From positions 4,075 to 68,074 of the forward strand of contig JANXZU010000133.1 of the NCBI GenBank assembly GCA_025355345.1: a stretch of 64,000 nt of DNA, in the 5' to 3' direction. Source of the stretch: Syntrophaceae bacterium. GTDB lineage: Bacteria > Desulfobacterota > Syntrophia > Syntrophales > Smithellaceae. The notes beneath the pieces were generated by a model. It saw only the letters and a list, made by a program, of their open reading frames with translations. It was not told the origin of the DNA and did not search any database. The position numbers and the translations under genes are program-made. Positions 51,436-60,401 of the stretch are shown here, piece after piece. Numbering within the stretch: position 1 is the first letter of the stretch; every line of letters starts with the position of its first letter.

Positions 51436-54400
51436 ATGAAACTGAATTGGCTGACACTGACATTCTCCGGGGATTCATCGAAACTGGAAACACCATTTCA
51501 GAGCGATTACTGTCGGGGGTCACTCAGACACGTCCGCATATCCCTGGTACTGGGAGCTCTTTTATACGCAACTTTCGGTATCCTGGATGCGATACTCATG
51601 ACGGAACAAAAACACGCCATGTGGTTAATCCGCTTTATTATAACCTGTCCCATAATTTTGGGTACTTTACTGGCATCGTTTTTAAAACATTTCGAACGTC
51701 ATATGCAGCATCTCCTGGCGGCCGTCTTCATTATGGCTGGCGCAGGCATTATTGGGATGATAATTATTGCCCCACCCCCGATCAATTACTTCTATTATGC
51801 CGGCCTGATGCTTGTTTTCTTGTGGGGCTACACCTTCATACGTATTCGTTTTCTGTGGGCAACACTTGCCGGCTGGGTACTGGTGTTATTGTACGAAATC
51901 GCAGCCATCTGGATCAGCCCAAATCCCTTTACAGTCATGATTAGTAATAATTTCTTTTTCATCAGCGCAAACATTATTGGAATGCTGTCCTGTTATTCTA
52001 TTGAATTTACTGCCCGGCGTGATTTTTTCCTGAGGCAACAACTGGAGATTGAGCGGGAAAAGGTTAACAAGGTCAATCAGGAACTGGAAACCCGTGTGGA
52101 AAAAAGAACAGCGGATTATCAGATCATTAACCAGGAGCTTCAAAAGGAAATCACCGACCACAAGCAGGTACAGGAGGCGCTTCGGGCAAGTGAAGAGAAT
52201 TATCGCCTATCTCTGGATGGATCCCCGCTGGGTATACGCATCGTGACGGCGGAAGGTGAGACCATTTATGCTAATCGGGCTATTCTTAATTTCTATGGAT
52301 ACGACAGCATCCAAGAACTGACAACAACACCGGTAGATAAGCGCTATACCCCGAAAAGCCTTGCCGAGTATCAGACCAGAAGAGAAAAAAGGAAAAGAGG
52401 TGATTATGGCCAGGCTGAATACGAAATAGGTATTATAAGGAAAAATGGTGAATTACGTAACCTACAAGTCTTCCGCAAAGAAGTACTTTGGAATGGCGAA
52501 AGACAATATCAGGTAGTTTACCAGGACATCACTGAACGCAGACAAGTTGAAGAAACGCTGCGTCTTGTAACTGACAATATGTCAGATATGGTCAGGGTGA
52601 CGGATTTGGGGGGCGTTAATCTGTATACAAGTCCTTCTCATTTCAATGTGCTTGGCTATAAACCGGAGGAGCGGATCGGCAAATCTTCTTTTGATATTGT
52701 TCACCCTGATGATGTGGAAAATTTGATCAGGATATTTTCAGAAAGTATCGCCAACAAAAAGCCTGTCAAGGTGGAGTATCGAATAAAGCATGCGGCAGGA
52801 CATTATCTCTGGCTGGAAACGATAGGCGACGTACTAAGGAATCACAATGGTGAAGTGACTCTCATAATAATGAGTTCACGTGATATTTCAGACAGGAAAG
52901 CTGTTGAAGAAGCTCTGCGAAAGAGCGAAGATAAATACCGTTTAATTGCGGAAAACACGGCTGACCTGATATCAATCATGGATATGAATCTGCGCCTTAC
53001 CTATGTCGGTCCGACCAGCATGCGCCTCCGTGGATTCACCCCTGAGGAGGCTATGGAGCAGACTCCCGAGCAAATCTTAACTCCTGAATCCTTACAGCGT
53101 AATATTGCTGTATTTGAAGAAGAACTGCAACTGGAGGCTAGCGGAACGGCTGATCCCGATAGAACGCGCATTTTGGAAATGGAAGAATATAAGAAGGACG
53201 GCTCCACTATCTGGGTAGAAGTAAACTTCTCCTTCTTGCGCGATAGCGAAGGCAAGCCTGTTGAGATTCTCATGGTGACCCGCGACATAACCGATCGCCG
53301 TCAAGTCCAAGAGGCTCAGCGCATTCTGGAAGAACGCCTGCAACAGACCGATAAAATGGAAGCCATCGGCACACTTGCCGGCGGCATCGCCCATGACTTC
53401 AATAATTTGCTTATGGGAATCCAGGGCTATGCATCCATGTCATTATTGAATATTGACACATCCCATCCCAATTATGAGCGACTCAAACGCATTGAAGAGC
53501 AGGTACAAAGCGGGGCGGATTTAACTTCACAACTACTGGGATTTGCGCGCGGGGGCAGATACGAAGTTAAGTCCACCGATATAAACGAATTAATTGAAAA
53601 AACATCCTCCATGTTCGGCAGAACCAAAAAGGAAATCACCATTAATAAGAAATACGGAAGCGATCTATGCCCTGCAGAAGTTGATCGGGGACAGATGGAA
53701 CAAGTATTCCTGAATCTGTATGTTAATGCCTGGCAGGCAATGCCCAGAGGCGGGGAGATCAATCTTTCGACCTTGAATGTTATCTTGAATGATGAACAAG
53801 CCCTACTGTGTTCTATAAAGCCGGGCAAATATGTGAAAATAGCAGTCACCGATACCGGCACGGGAATGGATGAAAAGACCCGCGAGCGCATTTTTGATCC
53901 CTTTTTCACCACGAAGGAAATGGGCAGAGGAACCGGTTTAGGATTGGCAACAGTCTATGGAATCATCAAAGGTCACGGTGGCATGATCAATGTGGAAAGC
54001 GTTCCCGGCAAGGGTTCAACATTCACCATCTATTTACCAGCTTCGGATAAGGAAGCACCAAAGGAAGAGATGTCCACCGGGGAAATCACCATGGGCACAG
54101 AGACGATTCTTCTGGTTGATGATGAAAAGATGGTTATGGAAGTGAATAAGGATATCCTGGAGTACATGGGATATAAGGTATATGCTGCAGACAGCGGCAA
54201 GAAAGGGATTGCTCTTTATCTGGAGAAAAAAGATGAAATTGATCTTGTTATTCTGGATATGATTATGCCGGGGATATCAGGCGGGGAGACTTTTGATCGT
54301 CTCCGCAAGATCAATCCTAATATCAAAGTTCTTCTATCGAGTGGTTACAGCCTAACCGGCGAAGCCCAGGAAATCATGGATCGCGGATGCAACGGCTTTC

Positions 54401-54459
54401 TGCAAAAACCCTTTCAACTTGAGCAACTATCCGACAAGGTTCGGGAAATGTTGGGTTAG
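51436..54459 (+). CDS. Hybrid sensor histidine kinase: N-terminal multi-TM domain, about 3-4 PAS domains, HisKA, HATPase, C-terminal receiver
   Basis: Six hydrophobic helices are followed by a coiled coil. PAS-end motifs recur ('DITERRQVEE', 'DISDRKAVEE', 'DITDRRQVQE'). The H-box is 'GGIAHDFNNLL', with 'DTGTGM' and 'GTGLGLA'. The receiver has 'ILLVDDE' and 'ILDMIMP'. The start is ATG 51436 or 51334. Confidence 0.85.
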   Translation: MKLNWLTLTFSGDSSKLETPFQSDYCRGSLRHVRISLVLGALLYATFGILDAILMTEQKHAMWLIRFIITCPIILGTLLASFLKHFERHMQHLLAAVFIMAGAGIIGMIIIAPPPINYFYYAGLMLVFLWGYTFIRIRFLWATLAGWVLVLLYEIAAIWISPNPFTVMISNNFFFISANIIGMLSCYSIEFTARRDFFLRQQLEIEREKVNKVNQELETRVEKRTADYQIINQELQKEITDHKQVQEALRASEENYRLSLDGSPLGIRIVTAEGETIYANRAILNFYGYDSIQELTTTPVDKRYTPKSLAEYQTRREKRKRGDYGQAEYEIGIIRKNGELRNLQVFRKEVLWNGERQYQVVYQDITERRQVEETLRLVTDNMSDMVRVTDLGGVNLYTSPSHFNVLGYKPEERIGKSSFDIVHPDDVENLIRIFSESIANKKPVKVEYRIKHAAGHYLWLETIGDVLRNHNGEVTLIIMSSRDISDRKAVEEALRKSEDKYRLIAENTADLISIMDMNLRLTYVGPTSMRLRGFTPEEAMEQTPEQILTPESLQRNIAVFEEELQLEASGTADPDRTRILEMEEYKKDGSTIWVEVNFSFLRDSEGKPVEILMVTRDITDRRQVQEAQRILEERLQQTDKMEAIGTLAGGIAHDFNNLLMGIQGYASMSLLNIDTSHPNYERLKRIEEQVQSGADLTSQLLGFARGGRYEVKSTDINELIEKTSSMFGRTKKEITINKKYGSDLCPAEVDRGQMEQVFLNLYVNAWQAMPRGGEINLSTLNVILNDEQALLCSIKPGKYVKIAVTDTGTGMDEKTRERIFDPFFTTKEMGRGTGLGLATVYGIIKGHGGMINVESVPGKGSTFTIYLPASDKEAPKEEMSTGEITMGTETILLVDDEKMVMEVNKDILEYMGYKVYAADSGKKGIALYLEKKDEIDLVILDMIMPGISGGETFDRLRKINPNIKVLLSSGYSLTGEAQEIMDRGCNGFLQKPFQLEQLSDKVREMLG

Positions 54460-54496
54460 AGTACCCATTACAATACTTATACCAAGGAAAAAAACG

Positions 54497-55591
54497 ATGG
54501 ATAGTGTACTTTTAAAGCCGGTAACGATTGGGAAATATGAACTGCCTAACAGCGTATTCATGTCGCCGATGACCCGCAGCCGCGCGGATAACCCCGAGAA
54601 TAAAGCCACGCCACTCATTGCCAGATACTATGAACAGCGATCCACTGCCGGTTTGATTATTACCGAAGGTTCTCAGGTTTCGTCTCAAGCAGTTGGTTAT
54701 ATTAATACGCCGGGAATTTACACAGCAGCTCAGTTAGAGGGATGGAAGCTCACAACTGCAGCCGTCCACAAAAACAAAGGCCATATTTTCTGCCAGCTCT
54801 GGCATGTTGGCCGAATGTCGCATCCTGATTTTCACGGGGGCAATCTCCCCGTTGCTCCATCGGCAATCAATCCTAACGATCGTTCTTTTACCCCTGAAGG
54901 ATTTAAAGATACCGTTACGCCTCACGCTCTTACAATTGACGAAATTCACGCAATTACTCAGGATTTCCGGATGGCCGCAGAAAATGCCATTTCCGCAGGC
55001 TTTGACGGTGTAGAAATCCATGCCGCAAACGGGTACCTATTCCATCAGTTTTTTACCAACTGCTCAAATACCCGCACTGATGAATATGGCGGATCTGCTG
55101 AAAATAAATCGCGATTCTTTTTTGAGACGTTACTTGCCGTCGGCCGTTCCATCGGTTTTGAAAAAGTTGGTGTTCGCCTTAATCCTTCCGCCCATGGATT
55201 CTTTGGCATGACAATCGACAAGGATACTATCCCCACATTTGAATACATAATAGAGAGGTTAAACGATTATATAAAGCTTGCCTATGTTCACCTTGTCGAA
55301 CCCATGACACCCGTGAATAATGTCCCTTTTGCCGTAAAAGAAATTGCGAACCATTTCCGTCCCCGCTATAATGGCAAAATTATTATCAACGGCGGTTTCC
55401 GGATTATCACCTCTCTCCGGGTTCTGGAGGATGGTCTTGCCGATGCCGTGGCCTTTGGTAAAGCCTTCATCTCCAACCCAGATCTTGTAGAACGCATCCG
55501 CAATCGTGTGGCGTGGAGCAAATGGGATGAAAAGACTTTTTACACACCCGGACATAAAGGCTATACTGACTACCCAAATTTCACGGGATAA
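54497..55591 (+). CDS. Old-Yellow-Enzyme family NAD(P)H:flavin oxidoreductase (NemA/alkene reductase-like)
   Basis: 'MSPMTRSRA', 'QLWHVGR', 'DGVEIHAANGYLFHQF' and 'RTDEYGGS' are present. The start is set at ATG 54497. The track ORF start overlaps the kinase gene. Confidence 0.88.
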   Translation: MDSVLLKPVTIGKYELPNSVFMSPMTRSRADNPENKATPLIARYYEQRSTAGLIITEGSQVSSQAVGYINTPGIYTAAQLEGWKLTTAAVHKNKGHIFCQLWHVGRMSHPDFHGGNLPVAPSAINPNDRSFTPEGFKDTVTPHALTIDEIHAITQDFRMAAENAISAGFDGVEIHAANGYLFHQFFTNCSNTRTDEYGGSAENKSRFFFETLLAVGRSIGFEKVGVRLNPSAHGFFGMTIDKDTIPTFEYIIERLNDYIKLAYVHLVEPMTPVNNVPFAVKEIANHFRPRYNGKIIINGGFRIITSLRVLEDGLADAVAFGKAFISNPDLVERIRNRVAWSKWDEKTFYTPGHKGYTDYPNFTG

Positions 55592-55613
55592 AGAGACGAG
55601 TAAGGAGAAATAA

Positions 55614-56069
55614 ATGGCCAGAATAAAAACAGGTGATAATTTCGGTGATTTTACTTTAAATACACATAATGATCTTGCCCTCAATACCACCGCCCTTGCG
55701 GGAAAAAAGATATTATTGTCATTTCACCCGCTGGCCTGGACGCCTGTCTGCTCACAGCAGATGAAATCGATTGAAGATAATTATCAAGATTTTCAGGATT
55801 GCAATACAGTGCCGCTGGGAATTTCAGTCGATTCCGTACCCTGTAAAAAAGCGTGGGCGGAAAACCTTGGTATTGCAAATCTTGATTTACTGGCTGATTT
55901 CTGGCCACACGGCGGGCTTGCATCCCGCCTGGGAATATTTCTTACAAAGTTCGGCATGTCGGAACGCGCCAACATCATCCTTGATGAACAGAGAGTGGCA
56001 ATATTTGTCAAATTCTATCCTATCAAGCAATTGCCTGATGTGCAGGAAGTTCTATCATTTTTGAAATAA
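55614..56069 (+). CDS. Peroxiredoxin (AhpC/TSA-redoxin family, Bcp/AhpE-like)
   Basis: 'LLSFHPLAWTPVCSQQM' carries the peroxidatic Cys motif. The protein is 151 aa. Confidence 0.85.
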   Translation: MARIKTGDNFGDFTLNTHNDLALNTTALAGKKILLSFHPLAWTPVCSQQMKSIEDNYQDFQDCNTVPLGISVDSVPCKKAWAENLGIANLDLLADFWPHGGLASRLGIFLTKFGMSERANIILDEQRVAIFVKFYPIKQLPDVQEVLSFLK

Positions 56070-56154
56070 TATAATTGATACCGGATAGTGTTTTCGCCGC
56101 TTAGGCTACCCTAAAAACCAGGGCACACGACGCTGCCTAAATTCCTTCAGCCTG

Positions 56155-57570
56155 TTATTCCCCTTCAGTCGCCGGCAAAAAGACCCGAAACGTGCTGCCT
56201 TGCCCCGGTTCGCTCTGCACAGCTATTGCCCCATGATGGACCTTAACAATTCCTAGAACTACGGGCAGGCCAAGACCACGCCCAACTAACTTGCTGGAGA
56301 AAAATGGATCAAATAACTTATGGATGTCACTTTGCGCAATCCCGCTGCCTGTATCCGAAACTTTCAGACAAATATAGACGCTGCCTCGTTTGCGCCAATC
56401 TGTCGGACGGTGAATGGGTGGGATATCCGTATCCAAAACCGTTTTTACGCGCAGAGAAATAACCCCCCGGGCATCGCCGATTGCCTCCCGGGCATTAGTG
56501 ATCAGGTTAATCAGCAGCTGCTGTATTTGATTGGTATTCGCATTGATTGTCGGCACGTTTAATGGAATATCTGTCTTTAGAAGTATATTTTTCGGTATGG
56601 TCGCCTGAATATTAAGCAGCAAGAGACGACATAAATCGGCTAAATCAAGTGGTTCCAGATTAGCGGTACTTTCACCCAGGTAGGTCATCGTCTTGTGGCT
56701 GATTTCCTGTGCTATGCGGGCTGCCTCAATTGCAGCAGTCATGTTTTTGATGGATTTTGAATCCTGCGGCATCATCTGAATGGCAAGCTGCATATTGCCG
56801 ATTATTGCCTGGAGCAGATTGTTGAAGTGGTGGATTGTGCCATTGGCCATACAAGCAAGACTTTCGGCCTTCTGGAGCTGCAGCGTTTGAACCGCAAGTT
56901 TGGCCTTCTCCTCGTCTTGTCTTTTGCGTTCGGTAATGTCGGAGAGCATAGCGCGGCACACAGACGCGCCGCCTTCATCTTTTGCTAATGTGGCTTCCAA
57001 ATATGCCCAAAAAGCTGTTTTGTCTTTTTTCATCATCCGCAATTCACACTTCTGCGGTTCACCCGTTTCAAAGAGTTCTTTGCGGTGCCGGTAGTAGTTG
57101 TCCTGATCCTCTTTATGGATGAACCTAGCCAGGATATGTTCTTTAAGCTTTTTCTTGGGCACATCCAACAAAGTTGCAGCGGTGAGGTTCGCCTCGCGGA
57201 TCACCCCCTTTTCACTAATGGTTATATACCCTACCGGCGCCAGGTCGTAAAGATCGAAATAGCGGACCTTTGCGTCCACCAGTTCCGCCTGAGTCTGGCG
57301 CAGTTCCTCATTTTGAACCATAAGCGCTATCTGATGAACACGCAGCTCCTGAAGCACCCGCTTGACCTCGGCCTCTGATATTTTTTCGATTTTTTTCGTT
57401 GGAGGGGCGGCTTTTTCCAGAGTGATCTTTTCGGCACGCTTGCGGAGTGCCGGCGCTGACAGCACTTTGCCTGGACGAATTGCCTGCGCTGATCCTTGCC
57501 GAAGCGTACCCGCCTTTTTGGCAGTGACCTTCGATCCTTTAGTTTTAGCAATCTTGACTAGCTTTTTCAT
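56155..57570 (-). CDS. Soluble PAS sensor histidine kinase with a Lys/Ala-rich basic N-terminal tail
   Basis: The first ~70 aa are rich in K, A and P. They are followed by 'LQELRVHQIALMVQNEELR' (coiled coil), a PAS domain, the H-box 'IHHFNNLL', and 'DTGSGI' and 'GRGLGLPVV'. Confidence 0.85.
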   Translation of the reverse strand: MKKLVKIAKTKGSKVTAKKAGTLRQGSAQAIRPGKVLSAPALRKRAEKITLEKAAPPTKKIEKISEAEVKRVLQELRVHQIALMVQNEELRQTQAELVDAKVRYFDLYDLAPVGYITISEKGVIREANLTAATLLDVPKKKLKEHILARFIHKEDQDNYYRHRKELFETGEPQKCELRMMKKDKTAFWAYLEATLAKDEGGASVCRAMLSDITERKRQDEEKAKLAVQTLQLQKAESLACMANGTIHHFNNLLQAIIGNMQLAIQMMPQDSKSIKNMTAAIEAARIAQEISHKTMTYLGESTANLEPLDLADLCRLLLLNIQATIPKNILLKTDIPLNVPTINANTNQIQQLLINLITNAREAIGDARGVISLRVKTVLDTDIPPIHRPTDWRKRGSVYICLKVSDTGSGIAQSDIHKLFDPFFSSKLVGRGLGLPVVLGIVKVHHGAIAVQSEPGQGSTFRVFLPATEGE

Positions 57571-57706
57571 ATCGATTTCTCCAATTATTGAATGGCCTCT
57601 AATCTCGAATATGATGAGCTGAAATAAATGAACGAATGAGAAATTTTACTCTCAATATAGGTAAAATCAATATAATTATGAGGTCTATTCTGCGTGGTAG
57701 TTACAA

Positions 57707-60382
57707 CTAATTAGGCGGCGATTTTTGCTCTTTTTCTTTGGTACGGGGAATAATCGGTTCGATTATCTTAAACGGTAGCATCAGAGTTCTTTTCATGATC
57801 CCCAGCACTCCCTTGCCAACTGCCGCAGGCGATAGAATGGTTATACTCGGATCTTCGAGAGAGCCTGTTATTCTCAGCGGAATAGAAATTAGTGTGTCTT
57901 TTAGCACGTAGTTAATCAGAGGTATTTTGCTTACCAGGAAATCAACAGTTTTAAACGGAGCGACCAAGACTGTGAGGTTAACGCTGCTGTTGGGTATATC
58001 AATTTCACCCTGACCGACAAGCTGCATCGTTGTCCCATCAATAACCGCTTCCGAAATCACAAAAATTCCGTTACGAAGATCGCCTTTTATTGTTATCGAA
58101 TTATAGTCCAGTCCATCCACGCTGAGGTCAGGAACTTTTCCCCGCAGAAGTTCCGTTACATTCAGAAACGCAAGAATTTTTGCCAGCAGAGGGGATTTGT
58201 ATATGCATCCATCTTTTGCCCGAAATTCCACTTTCCCCTGGAGCGCGCGAACCAGCGTACCCGACTTTCCGCGTGAGCTTATCCGGGCATTCAGATCAGC
58301 AATGCCCGTGATTTGAAAGTTTTTACCAAAAAGACAAACCAGAGTTGGCTCTAGCTCCACACCGGCGGCTTCCGGTTTGAAATCCAGTGCGATATTCCCA
58401 TCGGCAAATTTCAGATTCCCCGGCAGAGAAATTTCACAGAGATCACCATCGTTTATGGCAACACGCACTACCTTTTGATCAATCAGGATGTCAGCGTTCA
58501 CGGGACTTGTGGTGTAACGCCCCCAGGTAACTGATTTTGCCTCCACCCGGACAATCCCCTGCAACAAGGGTTTTTTCCCGGAGGGCTCTGTGGGTTGATT
58601 CTTTCTACCTGCCAGCGCCCTCTTTATGTTTTCAACATCCAGGCCCTCTGCTGAGGCATCCATGTCGAAGCGAAATATATTTTTTAAAGCCGTAAACTCA
58701 CCTTTGAGCACAAAGTTATTATCGCCATAGCTAACAGCTGCGGAATCTACATTCAATGTCTTGTTGTTCCCACGCAGATTGGCGTGACCAATATTCAGCA
58801 ATTTATTTTCGCCCAAAGGGAACATAAGATGAGCACCAGCAAGGTGTCCCTGTGCCGAAGATGCACCAGGCCTATCCAACCGTATATGGGCGCGGAAGTC
58901 TCCTTTCAGCCAGCCGTGCTGAAAGGAAGTACGCGCAAACATGCGGTTCAGTGTTTTTTCTGTGAGGCTGCCGCGAAAAGAAAAATCCACCAGATTTTTC
59001 CCGTATGTAAGCGCAATTGCGGCATGGGAGTCTTCATCCCGGATAATCAAATGTTTTATCGCCAGTTCCTCACCGTAGCGGCGCAGGTCAAGCGAAAAAG
59101 TCGGGCCGTCCTGAATTGCCGCGACTCCTGTAACAGCTAAAGTTGATCCTGTCTGCCAGACTATATGCGCATTGGAGATCGACAATGGCGACTGTATTGT
59201 CTGTTCAGGCGGCAGGTTAAATATCGCGGAAACCCACCGGACAGTTGCAGGCCCAATGTTTCCATTGATGGATACTTCTCCGGCATCAATCTTCTGCACA
59301 GATCCGGATATGACAGCAGAAGCCGTAAACGAGGAATCAAAGATGGAAGCTTTAATGTTACTCAACGTCACTATACCCCTGCTTGCCTTAAATTGCCCGC
59401 GTTCAATTTTCACGGGGCCGGGAAGAATCGAGTAATCAATGTCAAAACCTTTCACGCTACCCGCTGTTTCTATAATCCATTCGGCGGGACGGAAAAGCGC
59501 TCCGGAAGTTTTCAGCGAAGAGAGTTTGATCACTCCATTTAGTTTTTTTACACGTCGTAACGGATCATAAATATTTTCAATCCATGACCGCCTCTGGTAA
59601 ATATCATCCAAAACCACAGCAGCCTTTCCGGATTCAATTTTCAGCACCGGTGTATCTTCCAGAAGGAGCTTGGCAGAAGAAATGGAAACGAATGACGATC
59701 CTGTAGAAACATACAGATCCCTAATCAAAACGCTTTTAGCAATGCCGTAAAACTCTCCTTCGGCCTCTATTTTGCCCCACCTGCCGACATTGCCACAAAA
59801 ACTTATTTTCAGACCTTTCGGCACGATAGCAATGTTTGCATCAATCTGCTTTATCACCAACGGATCATTTGCATTTTCCCGATAGGTTAAGCTTCCCTCC
59901 CGGACAACAAATACCAGGCGGGGGGCAAAAGAACGGATTGATGCTCTGACGGAAGTAATTTCAGCGATAGCTTCGGCAATTGAAAATGGTTTCGCGCTTC
60001 CCTCCTGTTTTTGTTTATCAGCAGTCTCCAGAGCAATGTCAGGCTTTTCCAGCTTGATTTTAGCGATTTTCAACTTAGAGATAAAAAGAGGAAGCAGTTC
60101 GGGATAAATGACAGCCGCATCCGTTGAAATTACTGCTGTATGAGGAATGGTAATGTTCGCTTGAGTAAAGGCCAGCCCGGGACGAGGGAAAATAGCAAAA
60201 CTGGCTCTTTTATAGGTAACTTTTCCACCCAAGTGTTTTGTTACTACTTCTCGAATCTTTTTTTGCGCCGGATCCGAATCGATATACCGGGAAGCAAGCA
60301 CAAACAAAATAGCTGCAAGCGTTATTACAATTGCGGCAATCCAGCCCAACCACAGCAGTAATTTTCTTTTTTTACGCATCAA
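57707..60382 (-). CDS. AsmA/YhdP-family large envelope protein
   Basis: The protein is 891 aa with a single N-terminal TM anchor and a long beta-rich body. The C-terminus 'DGLDYNSITIKGDLRNGIF...GEIDIPNSSVNLTVLVAPFKTVD...IPLRITGSLEDPSI' is typical of AsmA-like C-terminal regions. Confidence 0.65.
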   Translation of the reverse strand: MMRKKRKLLLWLGWIAAIVITLAAILFVLASRYIDSDPAQKKIREVVTKHLGGKVTYKRASFAIFPRPGLAFTQANITIPHTAVISTDAAVIYPELLPLFISKLKIAKIKLEKPDIALETADKQKQEGSAKPFSIAEAIAEITSVRASIRSFAPRLVFVVREGSLTYRENANDPLVIKQIDANIAIVPKGLKISFCGNVGRWGKIEAEGEFYGIAKSVLIRDLYVSTGSSFVSISSAKLLLEDTPVLKIESGKAAVVLDDIYQRRSWIENIYDPLRRVKKLNGVIKLSSLKTSGALFRPAEWIIETAGSVKGFDIDYSILPGPVKIERGQFKASRGIVTLSNIKASIFDSSFTASAVISGSVQKIDAGEVSINGNIGPATVRWVSAIFNLPPEQTIQSPLSISNAHIVWQTGSTLAVTGVAAIQDGPTFSLDLRRYGEELAIKHLIIRDEDSHAAIALTYGKNLVDFSFRGSLTEKTLNRMFARTSFQHGWLKGDFRAHIRLDRPGASSAQGHLAGAHLMFPLGENKLLNIGHANLRGNNKTLNVDSAAVSYGDNNFVLKGEFTALKNIFRFDMDASAEGLDVENIKRALAGRKNQPTEPSGKKPLLQGIVRVEAKSVTWGRYTTSPVNADILIDQKVVRVAINDGDLCEISLPGNLKFADGNIALDFKPEAAGVELEPTLVCLFGKNFQITGIADLNARISSRGKSGTLVRALQGKVEFRAKDGCIYKSPLLAKILAFLNVTELLRGKVPDLSVDGLDYNSITIKGDLRNGIFVISEAVIDGTTMQLVGQGEIDIPNSSVNLTVLVAPFKTVDFLVSKIPLINYVLKDTLISIPLRITGSLEDPSITILSPAAVGKGVLGIMKRTLMLPFKIIEPIIPRTKEKEQKSPPN

Positions 60383-60401
60383 AATCTACAGCTTCCTCGA
60401 A

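Noticed and set aside
51447-51944. A 165-aa same-strand alternative-frame ORF inside the membrane domain of the 1041-aa kinase. Similar alt-frame or antisense ORFs occur at 53472-53912, 55259-55690, 49675-50037 and 48143-48559.
   Set aside because: The annotated frames give coherent TM, PAS or enzyme motifs. The overlapping frames give Arg/Gly/Pro-rich strings with no start-site signals.
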